Source: Alphaproteobacteria bacterium MarineAlpha9_Bin6
Lineage (GTDB): Bacteria; Pseudomonadota; Alphaproteobacteria; UBA7887
Assembly: GCA_002937585.1 (NCBI GenBank)
Contig: PTKE01000001.1
Span: 5,936-69,935, forward strand
Length of the DNA: 64,000 nt
Reading direction: 5' to 3'
Part shown: piece after piece, positions 1-9,635 of the stretch
How the letters are laid out: the number at the start of each line of letters is the position of its first letter
Numbering within the stretch: position 1 is the first letter of the stretch
Position numbers and translations under genes: made by a program
Notes under the pieces: model-generated
What the model saw: the letters and a program-made list of their open reading frames with translations, nothing else
What the model was told of the DNA's origin: nothing
Databases searched by the model: none

Positions 1-1012
1 GACAAAGCATCCTGTTTTAGTATTTCCCTCTTCTGGCCATGGAGCCTGGGAAGCCGCTTTGGTCAACACTTGTTCTGCTGGTGATACGGTACTAATGGCA
101 GAGACCGGCGCTTTCTCCGACATGTGGAAGAAAATGGCCGTAGCGCTGGGGCTTGCAGTTGAGTATTTACCAGGAGATTGGAGACATGGGGCCAACCCAG
201 ATGCTGTTTATGATCGCCTTGCCGAAGACCGTGCCCACAACATCCGCGCAGTCGCGATCGTACACAACGAAACTTCAACCGGGGTGACCACACGACTCTC
301 CGAAGTCCGTGAGGCAATAGACCGAGCGAATCACCCCGCCCTATTTTTAGTTGATACTATATCCTCTCTCGCATCCATGGAGTTCTGCATGGATGAGTGG
401 AAGGTGGACGTAGCAGTTGGCGGTTCGCAAAAAGGTCTGATGTTGCCTCCCGGTCTAAGCTTTAATGGTGTTAACAAAAAAGCATTGCTGTCTGCACGAT
501 CAAGCCGAATGCCACGCCGGTATTGGGACTGGAATGCTTTTATGCCAGACGGGAAGACACCGGGCTTTTTGTCCACTCCGTCAATTAATATGTTTTTTGG
601 ACTTCATGAAGCACTGATTATGCTGAATGAGGAAGGACTCGATAGGGTCTTTGCTCGACACGCCAGGCTGGCAGGGGCCGTTCGTCAAGCCGTTTCCCAT
701 TGGGGAAGAGAAGGGGCCGTCGAATTACTATCGAGGGATCCGCGCGAGCACTCAAATTCGGTTTCGGCAATTCTCATGGCTGACAGATATAACGCAGACG
801 ACCTGCGTGCAGCCTGCATCAAACACACCAATGTGGCACTAGCTGCCGGTTTAGACCGCTTTTCTGGTAAGGTGTTCCGGATTGGCCATCTCGGTGATCT
901 GAACGAACCGATGATCCTAGGCACCTTGAGCGCCATCGAGATGACGCTCAAAAAAACTGGGGTCGCCTACCGCCCCGGCGGAACCACAGCCGCCATCGAT
1001 TATTTGGCCTGA
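1..1012 (+). CDS. Class V (PLP) aminotransferase, serine--glyoxylate / alanine--glyoxylate aminotransferase-like; 5-prime end cut by window edge
   Basis: ORF 59..1012 stays open in frame back to position 1 (upstream translation ...LSGHGAWEAAL-VNTCS...); PLP-lysine motif GGSQKGLMLPPGLSF; TGA stop at 1010-1012. Confidence 0.8.
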   Translation, partial: TKHPVLVFPSSGHGAWEAALVNTCSAGDTVLMAETGAFSDMWKKMAVALGLAVEYLPGDWRHGANPDAVYDRLAEDRAHNIRAVAIVHNETSTGVTTRLSEVREAIDRANHPALFLVDTISSLASMEFCMDEWKVDVAVGGSQKGLMLPPGLSFNGVNKKALLSARSSRMPRRYWDWNAFMPDGKTPGFLSTPSINMFFGLHEALIMLNEEGLDRVFARHARLAGAVRQAVSHWGREGAVELLSRDPREHSNSVSAILMADRYNADDLRAACIKHTNVALAAGLDRFSGKVFRIGHLGDLNEPMILGTLSAIEMTLKKTGVAYRPGGTTAAIDYLA

Positions 1013-1052
1013 TCAATTTGATTGGACCCGACCATCGCCGCGAATTGATCAA

Positions 1053-1541
1053 TTAATCGAGGGGCAACACACGGTCTGGAGCATGGCTGATGAAAGTCGC
1101 AATTTTCCAACCATCTTCAGCCTTCCGCAGCACATAGGTGCTACCCGTTTCGGCAATAATACCGCCATCCCCATTATAACGTATGGCCGAAGTGCTAGCG
1201 ACCACGAGACCCGAGTTGAGTTCTTTTATCCGCAACTTAGTCCAATTGCTGTACGCATAATCCATCTCAGTAAGCTTGCTCTGGATCGATTGTACGTAGC
1301 GGACGATGTCGAGGTTCCTATTCATCGCCACTACACCGGTATCGAACACCGCCAACATTGGGATATGGAAAAAGGGGACCATCTCTTCAGCACTTTTACT
1401 GGCAAATGAGGCAGTATATGACTCGAGCATGGCGGAAGCCTCTTTTTCAGCCGACGAGAGTTCTTCCGCTCGTGCATCGTCAGTCCAAGCCGCAGCAACC
1501 AAAACTAGGGTAGCAAGTAGACGCTGGAAACAGATACTCAT
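1053..1541 (-). CDS. Hypothetical secreted protein, NTF2/SnoaL-like fold suspected
   Basis: 162-aa ORF with N-terminal signal-peptide-like segment LLATLVLVAAAWTDDARA; convergent with the aminotransferase; fold assignment is from composition only. Confidence 0.4.
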   Translation of the reverse strand: MSICFQRLLATLVLVAAAWTDDARAEELSSAEKEASAMLESYTASFASKSAEEMVPFFHIPMLAVFDTGVVAMNRNLDIVRYVQSIQSKLTEMDYAYSNWTKLRIKELNSGLVVASTSAIRYNGDGGIIAETGSTYVLRKAEDGWKIATFISHAPDRVLPLD

Positions 1542-1626
1542 AAACCGCCGCCTTTACGATTCGATGTTGATTAGCACAACCTTAGCAGGCATCACCGAAT
1601 TCTCATAAACTCCCAGAAAACAGCGA

Positions 1627-3093
1627 GTGAGCTATGATCCCAAACGAATATTCCTATGGAACACAATGCTAGCTATGGAAACTCTTTTCAGACTCACGGC
1701 GCGCGAAGCAGTATCCAGGCTAAAAAATGGCGAAGTCTCGCCCATAGAACTGATCGACGCCGCTGAAGAACGAATTAGAAAAACTGATGCAAAGATCAAC
1801 GCATTACCAACACTGTGCTTTGATCGCGCGCGCACCAATGCGCGTCGCCTCATTGAAAAACCTATTAAGGATGCCCCACCGCAATATCTTCACGGCCTTC
1901 CCATCGCAGTTAAGGATTTGGTTGAGGTATCTGGAGTGCGTACGACGTGGGGATCACCGATCCATGCTGAACACATTTCTACCCACTCTGACTACCTAGT
2001 CGAACGCTTGGAGGCCAATGGCGCTATCGTAATTGGCAAATCGAATACACCCGAGTTCGGCGCCGGTTCGCACACGTTCAACGAGGTCTTTGGCCACACT
2101 CATAATCCATGGAACACAAGCTTATCAGCTGGGGGCTCATCAGGCGGAGCTGCGGCCGCTTTGGCAGCGGGACAAGTCTGGTTAGCCACTGGAAGTGATC
2201 TAGGCGGTAGCCTGCGAAACCCAGCAAGCTTCTGTTCATTAGTTGGATTACGACCGAGCCCAGGCCGCATCGCCCACGGGCCTACTTCTCTGCCCTTTAA
2301 CGACCTTTCAGTAGATGGACCGATGGGGCGAAATATTGGCGACGTAGCGCTCATGCTGGACGCGCAGGTTGGACGGGATCCACGCGACCCGTTGTCCCTT
2401 CCTGCGCCAGAGACATCTTTCCTAACGGCAGCCGACCAACCACTGTTACCCAAACGGGTCGGCTTCAGCCCTGATCTCGGATTCTTGCCGGTAGAAAACG
2501 ACGTGAAGGATCTTTGCGCGCAAGCTGCGCAATTTTTTGCTGACATGGGCGTAATCGTCGAGGAAGCCTGTATTGATTTCACAGGTGCAGATGAAATTTT
2601 CCACGTTCTACGAGGCCAGTTATTTGCGGCCGGCCGAGCTAGCCTTCTAGATTACCGGGACCAACTCAAACCCGAAGTCATTTGGAATATTGAGGCAGGC
2701 CTAAAAATGTCGGCGACAGATATAGCGCACGCGACCCATGCTCGGGGCGCACTTTACCAACGTACATTGGAGTTCTTTGATAAATACGACCTATTGCTTT
2801 GTCCCGCTGCCGCAGTACCACCATTCGACGGTCATTCCCGTTACCCGACTGAGATCGCCGGTGTGAAACAAGAGCGTTATATAGACTGGCTCATGATCTG
2901 TGGCGCTATTAGTCTCACGACCTGCCCAGCAGCATCTGTTCCGTGCGGATTTACCAACGATAAGCGACCAGTGGGATTGCAAATAGTGGCGCCACCTCGG
3001 GAGGAAGCCGCGTTAATTTCAGCCTGCTCCTTATACGAGCAGACCCAACCTTACGCCAACATGTTGCCCATCGATCCGATTGAGCCCGTTTGA
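1627..3093 (+). CDS. Amidase (amidase-signature family)
   Basis: 488-aa ORF with the GGSSGGAAAALAAG amidase-signature Gly/Ser-rich motif and the conserved K and S-cis-S context; the start may be an internal ATG at 1666 or 1675. Confidence 0.85.
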   Translation: MSYDPKRIFLWNTMLAMETLFRLTAREAVSRLKNGEVSPIELIDAAEERIRKTDAKINALPTLCFDRARTNARRLIEKPIKDAPPQYLHGLPIAVKDLVEVSGVRTTWGSPIHAEHISTHSDYLVERLEANGAIVIGKSNTPEFGAGSHTFNEVFGHTHNPWNTSLSAGGSSGGAAAALAAGQVWLATGSDLGGSLRNPASFCSLVGLRPSPGRIAHGPTSLPFNDLSVDGPMGRNIGDVALMLDAQVGRDPRDPLSLPAPETSFLTAADQPLLPKRVGFSPDLGFLPVENDVKDLCAQAAQFFADMGVIVEEACIDFTGADEIFHVLRGQLFAAGRASLLDYRDQLKPEVIWNIEAGLKMSATDIAHATHARGALYQRTLEFFDKYDLLLCPAAAVPPFDGHSRYPTEIAGVKQERYIDWLMICGAISLTTCPAASVPCGFTNDKRPVGLQIVAPPREEAALISACSLYEQTQPYANMLPIDPIEPV

Positions 3094-3104
3094 GGTAAAA
3101 ACAC

Positions 3105-3809
3105 ATGGGAGAGAATGTCGTAGTTTCCACTACCGATGGTCCTTACACTGCCTACATAGCTTATCCACGCGCGGGAACAGCACCAGGTCTTCTCGTGCTA
3201 CCTGAAATATACAACTCGAATGACCATATCCGGAGTGTCGCCGACCACTTTGCAGCAGAGGGATTTACAGCATTAGCACCTGATGTGTTCTGGCGGCTCC
3301 AAGCCAATCAGTATTTCCCTTATACAGATGCGGGCCAAGCACAAGCACGTGCATTTAACCAGCGACTCAACGTCGATCAATTAATCGTGGATCTTGGGAA
3401 CGCAGTGCAATTGCTGCGCGCAAACCCAAACAGCTCGGGACTAGTTGGATCAGTAGGATTTTGCTTAGGCGGCAAGCTTTCCTACCTGTGTGCTGCGCGG
3501 CTAGGGGTGGACGCCGCGGTGAGCTATTACGGTGTGAAGATCGAGGATTATTTGGAAGAAGCTGATAATGTTGCGTGCCCAATGGTGCTGCACTTTGCCG
3601 GCAATGATCCAAGGGTCCCTCCCCTAGCGCGAGCTAAAATCGAACACAAATTTGCTGGACGAGAGGAAGTGGATACTTACCTCTACCCGGATGCCGAACA
3701 TGGTTTTAATCGTATTGGATATCCACCTTACCATGAGTCATCAGCAGCGCTTGCCTGGCAACGCACACTAGAACTGTTTCAACGCATTTTGTGCGGACAA
3801 GAAATGTAA
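3105..3809 (+). CDS. Dienelactone hydrolase family protein (carboxymethylenebutenolidase-like)
   Basis: 234 aa; nucleophile-elbow GFCLGG with Cys as in Cys-type DLH; follows the amidase after an 11-bp gap. Confidence 0.8.
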   Translation: MGENVVVSTTDGPYTAYIAYPRAGTAPGLLVLPEIYNSNDHIRSVADHFAAEGFTALAPDVFWRLQANQYFPYTDAGQAQARAFNQRLNVDQLIVDLGNAVQLLRANPNSSGLVGSVGFCLGGKLSYLCAARLGVDAAVSYYGVKIEDYLEEADNVACPMVLHFAGNDPRVPPLARAKIEHKFAGREEVDTYLYPDAEHGFNRIGYPPYHESSAALAWQRTLELFQRILCGQEM

Positions 3810-3861
3810 CTTCTTTACTGAACAAGAATTCCCCATGCGCGCACAGCAATTTTTTAATCTT

Positions 3862-3897
3862 GCGAATTATTCGCTAATGACAGTGTCATCACACTGC
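3862..3897. promoter_or_regulatory. Cluster of overlapping palindromes upstream of the beta-oxidation operon (candidate operator)
   Basis: GCGAATtATTCGC (3862-3874, 13-bp perfect palindrome), TGACAgTGTCA (3878-3888) and CAGTG-tcatca-CACTG, about 130 bp upstream of the ACAD start; no regulator gene nearby. Confidence 0.3.
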
Positions 3898-4023
3898 GTT
3901 AGCTACTTGCATTGCATCCCACATATTTCAAATTCTTCAAATCGAAAAACTTTTTCCTACGATTGAAAATAGCAATAAATTCTATCATGCTTGATTAACG
4001 CCCTAAGGACTGGAACCACTGTG

Positions 4024-5160
4024 ATGCTGCCCCGTCCCATATTTACGGAAGAACACAACATTTTTCGCGATTCCGTGCGCCGCTTTGTGGAAAGAGAAAT
4101 CGTACCCCACCACGATGAATGGGAAAAAAATGGGCTGGTGTCACGAGATGCTTGGCTTAAAGCTGGGCAAGCAGGCCTTCTATGCTGCACCGTGCCAGAA
4201 TCCTATGGTGGACCTGGTGGAGATTTTTTGCACTCCACCATTGTTATAGAAGAACTCGCACGGGCAGGCGCTTCCGGACCAGGTTTTTCGCTGCACACCG
4301 ATATAACCACACCCTATATAATGAGCTACGGCTCGGAAGACCAGAAAAGGCGTTGGGTGCCTCGAATGGTAACAGGTGAGGTGATCACCGCAATCGCCAT
4401 GACGGAACCGGAAACCGGCAGTGATCTACAAGCAGTCAAGACATCTGCAATCCCGGACGGTAATGAACTCCTGATAAATGGTCAGAAAACTTTTATTACC
4501 AATGGGCAGAACGCAGATCTGATTATCGTTGTCGCTAAAACTGAACCTAGTCAGGGTGCACACGGTACTAGTCTTGTGCTCGTAGAAACCGACCGGGAAG
4601 GTTTCAGTCGTGGCCGCAACCTGGAAAAAGTTGGCATGAAAGCCCAGGACACTTCGGAACTGTTTTTCGATAATGTTCGGGTGCCACGCACTAATCTGCT
4701 CGGCGAAGAAGGTGGGGGCTTCAAACAACTGATGCAGGAATTGCCGCAAGAACGGTTACTTATTGCAATCGGAGCAGTAGCCTCTTGCGAGGCGGCACTC
4801 GACTGGACAGTAGCTTATACCCGCGATCGGAAAGCATTTGGAAAGCCAATCGCAGAATTTCAAAACACCCGGTTCAAGCTAGCCGAAATCAAAACCGACG
4901 TGACGGCTGCGCGTGCTTTTCTGGATCGATGCTTGGAACTACACATCGGGGGCGAGCTCGACGCCACCACTGGAGCAATGATCAAGCTCTGGACAACTGA
5001 ACTTCAAGGACGTGTGCTCGACCAGTGCGTGCAATTGCATGGCGGATATGGCTACATGTGGGAATTCCCAATAGCCCGGGCTTGGGTCGATGCACGAGTG
5101 CAACGCATCTATGGTGGCACCTCGGAAATAATGAAAGAATTGATAAGCCGATCCTTGTGA
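4024..5160 (+). CDS. Acyl-CoA dehydrogenase
   Basis: ATG at 4024 preceded by AAGGA (about 4005-4009); ACAD hallmarks (TAIAMTEPETGSDL, IYGGTSEIM C-terminal motif). Confidence 0.85.
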   Translation: MLPRPIFTEEHNIFRDSVRRFVEREIVPHHDEWEKNGLVSRDAWLKAGQAGLLCCTVPESYGGPGGDFLHSTIVIEELARAGASGPGFSLHTDITTPYIMSYGSEDQKRRWVPRMVTGEVITAIAMTEPETGSDLQAVKTSAIPDGNELLINGQKTFITNGQNADLIIVVAKTEPSQGAHGTSLVLVETDREGFSRGRNLEKVGMKAQDTSELFFDNVRVPRTNLLGEEGGGFKQLMQELPQERLLIAIGAVASCEAALDWTVAYTRDRKAFGKPIAEFQNTRFKLAEIKTDVTAARAFLDRCLELHIGGELDATTGAMIKLWTTELQGRVLDQCVQLHGGYGYMWEFPIARAWVDARVQRIYGGTSEIMKELISRSL

Positions 5161-5188
5161 CTGGCGTGATCGGAGGGGAACAGGCGCT

Positions 5189-6397
5189 ATGACTGACGCT
5201 TATATTTATGATGCAGTGCGAACTCCGCGGGGACGTGGCAAAAAAGATGGAGCACTCCACGAGGTCACGCCAATCCGTCTGGCGGCCGGCGTTCTGAGAG
5301 CACTTAGTGAACGAAACCAGCTCGATACGGCGGAAGTAGATGACGTAGTACTAGGTTGCGTCGAGCCAATCGGAGATCAGGGTGCTGACATAGCGCGATT
5401 GGCAGTACTTTACGCAGATTACGACCAATCGGTTTCCGGTGTCCAAATTAATCGATTCTGTGCATCGGGACTGGAAGCGGTAAACATGGCCTCGGGCCAA
5501 ATCATGTCTGGCCAGGCCGACCTTTCAATTGGCGGCGGCGTAGAATCGATGTCTCGTGTTCCGATGTATGCCGGTGGTGGAGCCTGGCCAGTTGATCCAG
5601 ATGTCGCCTTCAAAACATATTTTATTCCCCAAGGCATATCTGCTGACCTTGTGGCAACCAAGTACGGCTATAGCAGGGATGACGTTGACTCCTACGCAGT
5701 TGAATCGCAGCGCCGCGCGGCAGCCGCGTGGGAATTGGGACACTTCAGCAAGTCGGTGGCCCCGGTCGAAGATCAGAACGGGCTTACCATACTCGATCGC
5801 GACGAACACTTGCGACCCAGCACTACCATGCAGAGTTTAGCTGCATTAGATCCATCATTTGAGAAACACGGCGCTGAGGCCGGTTTCGACGATGTAGCCA
5901 TTCAACGTTATCCAGAAGTCGAGCGAATTAATCACGTTCACCATGCCGGCAACTCATCCGGTATCGTTGACGGCGCTGCCGCTGTTCTTGTTGGTAATAA
6001 GGAAATCGGTGACCGTTTGGACCTTAAACCACGAGCACGTATTAAATCTTTTGCTTCCATCGGCACCGAACCCTCAATCATGCTAACCGGGCCAAGCCAC
6101 GCCAGTGAGAAGGCGCTAAAGCGCGCTGGTATGAATTCCAAAGACATTGATCTATATGAACTCAACGAAGCGTTCGCCGCCGTGGTTCTACGATATATGG
6201 AAAAACTTGATATCGAACATGACAAGATCAATGTTAATGGCGGCGCGATCGCCATGGGTCACCCGCTAGGTGCAACTGGCGCAATGATCCTGGGGACACT
6301 CCTCGATGAGATGGAGAGGCGTAACCTGGAAACAGGCCTAGCAACCCTCTGCGTCGGTGCGGGAATGGGCACCGCTACAGTTATTGAGCGAACGTAA
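5189..6397 (+). CDS. Acetyl-CoA C-acyltransferase (thiolase)
   Basis: Active-site Cys motif NRFCASGL; C-terminal GHPLGATGA and CVGAGMG thiolase signatures; 402 aa. Confidence 0.9.
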   Translation: MTDAYIYDAVRTPRGRGKKDGALHEVTPIRLAAGVLRALSERNQLDTAEVDDVVLGCVEPIGDQGADIARLAVLYADYDQSVSGVQINRFCASGLEAVNMASGQIMSGQADLSIGGGVESMSRVPMYAGGGAWPVDPDVAFKTYFIPQGISADLVATKYGYSRDDVDSYAVESQRRAAAAWELGHFSKSVAPVEDQNGLTILDRDEHLRPSTTMQSLAALDPSFEKHGAEAGFDDVAIQRYPEVERINHVHHAGNSSGIVDGAAAVLVGNKEIGDRLDLKPRARIKSFASIGTEPSIMLTGPSHASEKALKRAGMNSKDIDLYELNEAFAAVVLRYMEKLDIEHDKINVNGGAIAMGHPLGATGAMILGTLLDEMERRNLETGLATLCVGAGMGTATVIERT

Positions 6398-6442
6398 AGC
6401 AATAGCCACTGAATCCAGGCAAGAACGGTGTCAGACACCAGC

Positions 6443-6480
6443 GAAGCCCGGGCATAGGTTCGGGCTTCATGTGTTTTGGG
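6443..6480 (+). terminator. GC-rich stem-loop between the thiolase and FadB-like genes (possible attenuator / mRNA-stabilising hairpin)
   Basis: GAAGCCCG-ggcataggtt-CGGGCTTC perfect 8-bp stem followed by atgtgTTTTggg; sits 15 nt upstream of the FadB-like RBS. Confidence 0.25.
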
Positions 6481-6493
6481 TGAGGAAAACTCA

Positions 6494-8635
6494 ATGATCA
6501 ACTACGAGGTCAGCGACGGAATTGCAACGATCACCTGGGATATGGATCGGCCACAAAACGTGATCAATGCGGAGTCATATCCGGCATTCTCCGAAGCAAT
6601 AAACAGAGCTTTGCAAGATCAATCTGTCACAGGAGTTATCATTACCTCCGGGAAGCGGGATTTTCACGCAGGAGCAGACCTGCATGCACTAATGCGCCTA
6701 TCTGACGCCCAACAGGTGATGGAGTTCTGTGCCCAGTGGCACGAAGTCAATCGAAAAATTGAAACCGGCGGTAAACCTTTTGTTGCAGCGATCAACGGCT
6801 CTGCCCTCGGTGGTGGTTACGAACTATGCCTTTCCTGCCATCATCGAATCGCATCGAACCACACCGGCCTCAGGATAGGCTTTCCGGAAATCAAACTCGG
6901 TTTATTTCCAGGTGGGGGTGGCACTCAACGTCTTCCCCGCATGATTGGTCTGCGGGCCGCAGCAAAAATTTTACTCGAAGGGCAATTATTCGATGCAAAA
7001 ACAGCCTTCGATCGTGATCTAATTGACGGAATTGCGACAGCGGACGGCTTGATCGACGCAGCCCGCGCTTGGCTTATGAGTGACGCCGCTGATTCAGAAA
7101 AACCTTGGGACAAACACGGCTTTAAAATTCCTGGTGGAGACGTATGGAGCCAAGTCGGGATGCAGAGCTTTACAGCAGGAAATGCCTTGTTACATGCCAA
7201 GACCAAAGGCAATTACCCGGCACACCAAGCAATCATGTCATGCCTGTATGAGGGACTACAGGTGCCAATCGATCTTGGTCTCCAAATAGAATCACGCTGG
7301 TTCGCAAACGTTCTTTTGGGGAACGTCGCGAAAAACATGATCCGAACCTTTTTCTTTCACATGAAAGATGCGAACAAACTGGTTAGCCGACCAAGGGGCA
7401 ATCCCGTAACCACCTTCCAAACGGTTGGCATACTTGGTGCAGGCATGATGGGTGCTGGAATAGCCCATGCTGCTGTTACTGCAGGACTCGACGTGACACT
7501 TCTGGACACAACCCTCGATCGCGCAAAGCGCGGAAAGGATTATTGCCAATCTTTGTTCTCCGACCAAATTAAACACGGGCATATATCCGAACAAAATGCC
7601 AAAGCGATGCTGAAAAAACTTAACCCGACGACCGACTTCGCCGATTTCGCAGACGCCCAATTGATTATCGAAGCGGTTTTCGAAGACCGAGACGTAAAGG
7701 GCGATGTTACCCGCAAAACCGAGGCAATAATTAAACCCGAAGTAGTATTCGCCTCCAACACCTCGACCCTACCAATAACGAGCCTCGCTGAAACGAGTCA
7801 GCGCCCTGCTAATTTTATTGGCCTTCACTTTTTCTCCCCGGTCCACCGCATGAAGCTAGTTGAAATCATTCGTGGCAAAGAAACATCGGATTCGTCCCTC
7901 GCGTTGGCCATGGATTTCGTCAAACTCATCGGAAAAACCCCGATTGTAGTCAACGATAGCCGCGGCTTCTATACGAGTCGCGTATTTAGCACCTACGTCC
8001 AGGAAGGAATGGCGTTGTTGGCAGAAGGCGTAGTACCAGCGCTCATAGAGAATGCTGGGCGCCTTGCCGGCATGCCCTTGGGACCACTCGCAGTCGCAGA
8101 CGAGGTATCCCTTGAACTTATTTACAGAGTCTCGCTGCAAACCAAGGCCGACCTAGGTGACGTATATATGGATCCACCAGGGATACATGTGATCAAACAG
8201 ATGGTTAAAGAGCTCGGACGACTTGGGAAGAAGACCAGTAAAGGATTCTACGACTATCCGTCGGAGGCACCTAAGCACCTATGGCCTGGGCTTGCGGACC
8301 GATTCCCTCAAAATCTCAGTGAGGAACAGCCCAGTGTTGAATTGGTCAAGAAACGGCTCCTTTACATTCAGGCTATCGAAACTGTGCATTGTCTTGACGA
8401 GAATGTCGTAACCACTCCCGCAGATGCCGATATTGGATCAGTTCTGGGTTGGGGCTTCGCCCCCCACACGGGTGGTGTTGTATCCATGGTTGACACAATT
8501 GGTGTTGCTACTTTCGTTGCCGAGTGCGACCTGCTAGCCCAACAATTTGGCGTACGTTTTACTCCAACTGCTGGTCTCCGTGAACGTGCCCAAAACGACC
8601 AGCGTTTTTATTCTCCTCTAATTGACGCCGCATAG
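6494..8635 (+). CDS. Fatty-acid oxidation complex alpha subunit (enoyl-CoA hydratase / 3-hydroxyacyl-CoA dehydrogenase, FadB/FadJ-like)
   Basis: N-terminal crotonase domain (GADL, LGGGYELCLSCH) plus C-terminal NAD-binding 3-HAD domain (GILGAGMMGAGIA); ATG at 6494 with a GAGGA RBS 8 nt upstream (ORF track starts at TTG 6476). Confidence 0.85.
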   Translation: MINYEVSDGIATITWDMDRPQNVINAESYPAFSEAINRALQDQSVTGVIITSGKRDFHAGADLHALMRLSDAQQVMEFCAQWHEVNRKIETGGKPFVAAINGSALGGGYELCLSCHHRIASNHTGLRIGFPEIKLGLFPGGGGTQRLPRMIGLRAAAKILLEGQLFDAKTAFDRDLIDGIATADGLIDAARAWLMSDAADSEKPWDKHGFKIPGGDVWSQVGMQSFTAGNALLHAKTKGNYPAHQAIMSCLYEGLQVPIDLGLQIESRWFANVLLGNVAKNMIRTFFFHMKDANKLVSRPRGNPVTTFQTVGILGAGMMGAGIAHAAVTAGLDVTLLDTTLDRAKRGKDYCQSLFSDQIKHGHISEQNAKAMLKKLNPTTDFADFADAQLIIEAVFEDRDVKGDVTRKTEAIIKPEVVFASNTSTLPITSLAETSQRPANFIGLHFFSPVHRMKLVEIIRGKETSDSSLALAMDFVKLIGKTPIVVNDSRGFYTSRVFSTYVQEGMALLAEGVVPALIENAGRLAGMPLGPLAVADEVSLELIYRVSLQTKADLGDVYMDPPGIHVIKQMVKELGRLGKKTSKGFYDYPSEAPKHLWPGLADRFPQNLSEEQPSVELVKKRLLYIQAIETVHCLDENVVTTPADADIGSVLGWGFAPHTGGVVSMVDTIGVATFVAECDLLAQQFGVRFTPTAGLRERAQNDQRFYSPLIDAA

Positions 8636-8738
8636 TCCGACAGGCCACGGTTATCCAATTTTACGGCAACGCATGCAGAGAATTTAGATCGAACGGGCGA
8701 ACACGACCATAAACGCCGTATGAAGCAGGCGGTCCCGC

Positions 8739-9431
8739 CTACTCTCCCTCCTTCGAGACGAAGTGCCCACCGGCTTTTTTCGCTTTCTCAAGCCAATATT
8801 GGCCCTTATAGGGGTCGCGCAGCACTCCGGTTCCACGCGCATACATCTTTCCGAGCATCCACTGCGCCTTGGCATCACCGGCCTCAGCAGCGAGCTCGTA
8901 CCACTCCGCGGCGCGGGCGTAATTTAGTGGCACCGCAATACCATGAAATGACATCTCTGCAAGCCGGTATTGTGATGGAATATGATCCTGCTCCGCAGCC
9001 TGAAGATAATAGCTCCATGCCAGGGTAGCATTTTGAACCACACCATCTCCAACCTCGTGAGCTTGTCCCTTTTCATAAAGCTGTTCGGAGGTTAGTTGGG
9101 TAGTTGGCGAGGACGATTCGGAAATAGGAGACTCGACAATTATGTCAGACGACGAATCTTTAACGTCCGTGGGTCCGTTCTCATTTGCGATGACTCCATC
9201 AACAGGCAAGTCGATTGCATCGGGCTGTACGCTCTTGACGTCGGCATCTGTTTCTGGAGCTTGTGCCTGTGCGGCCCCATCCAATTCTTCCTCAAGCGAA
9301 TCACACCCCTCACAGGCGTTCTGTTCCTTCAATTGTTTGAGGTCGGTCTCATCAACCGCGACGGCGGATCCACTATCAAACAGAACAAATGTTACCAGCA
9401 GAAAAACTACACCTCTTCCAAGTTTTTGCAT
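8739..9431 (-). CDS. Sel1-repeat (TPR-like) secreted protein with acidic low-complexity linker
   Basis: C-terminal Sel1 repeats (AEWYELAAEAGDAKAQWMLGKMY...); signal peptide MQKLGRGVVFLLVTFVLFDSGSAVA if the start is at 9431 (ORF track extends to 9536); D/E/S-rich middle region. Confidence 0.55.
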   Translation of the reverse strand: MQKLGRGVVFLLVTFVLFDSGSAVAVDETDLKQLKEQNACEGCDSLEEELDGAAQAQAPETDADVKSVQPDAIDLPVDGVIANENGPTDVKDSSSDIIVESPISESSSPTTQLTSEQLYEKGQAHEVGDGVVQNATLAWSYYLQAAEQDHIPSQYRLAEMSFHGIAVPLNYARAAEWYELAAEAGDAKAQWMLGKMYARGTGVLRDPYKGQYWLEKAKKAGGHFVSKEGE

Positions 9432-9635
9432 TGTCTTGTGAACTGTTTTGTCTGCCGACGGCCGCCATGCCGTAACCATGGCCAACGAACAGATCAAATC
9501 ACCTCTGGCTCGCCACCATATGCCGGCCATCATCAACCTCGCTCACGCTGTGGCATCACTCTCCAGACAAAACTGTTTGGAAAATGATCACTTCTCGAGT
9601 CCGCAACATAACAAATCACACCATCAAATAGAGCA

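Noticed and set aside
2100-2582. A 160-aa minus-strand ORF inside the amidase gene, and similar antisense ORFs elsewhere (for example 35291..35764 inside the TPP-enzyme gene, 40043..40567 inside the CoA-transferase gene and 60361..60594 inside the CoxL-like gene)
   Set aside because: They are fully contained antisense to strongly supported enzyme genes, and their Arg/Ser/Pro-rich composition is typical of GC-rich shadow frames.
9096-9587. Plus-strand ORFs of 163 aa and 99 aa overlapping the Sel1-repeat gene
   Set aside because: They are antisense to a better-supported gene, have low-complexity S/C-rich translations, and no RBS. They are spurious shadow ORFs.
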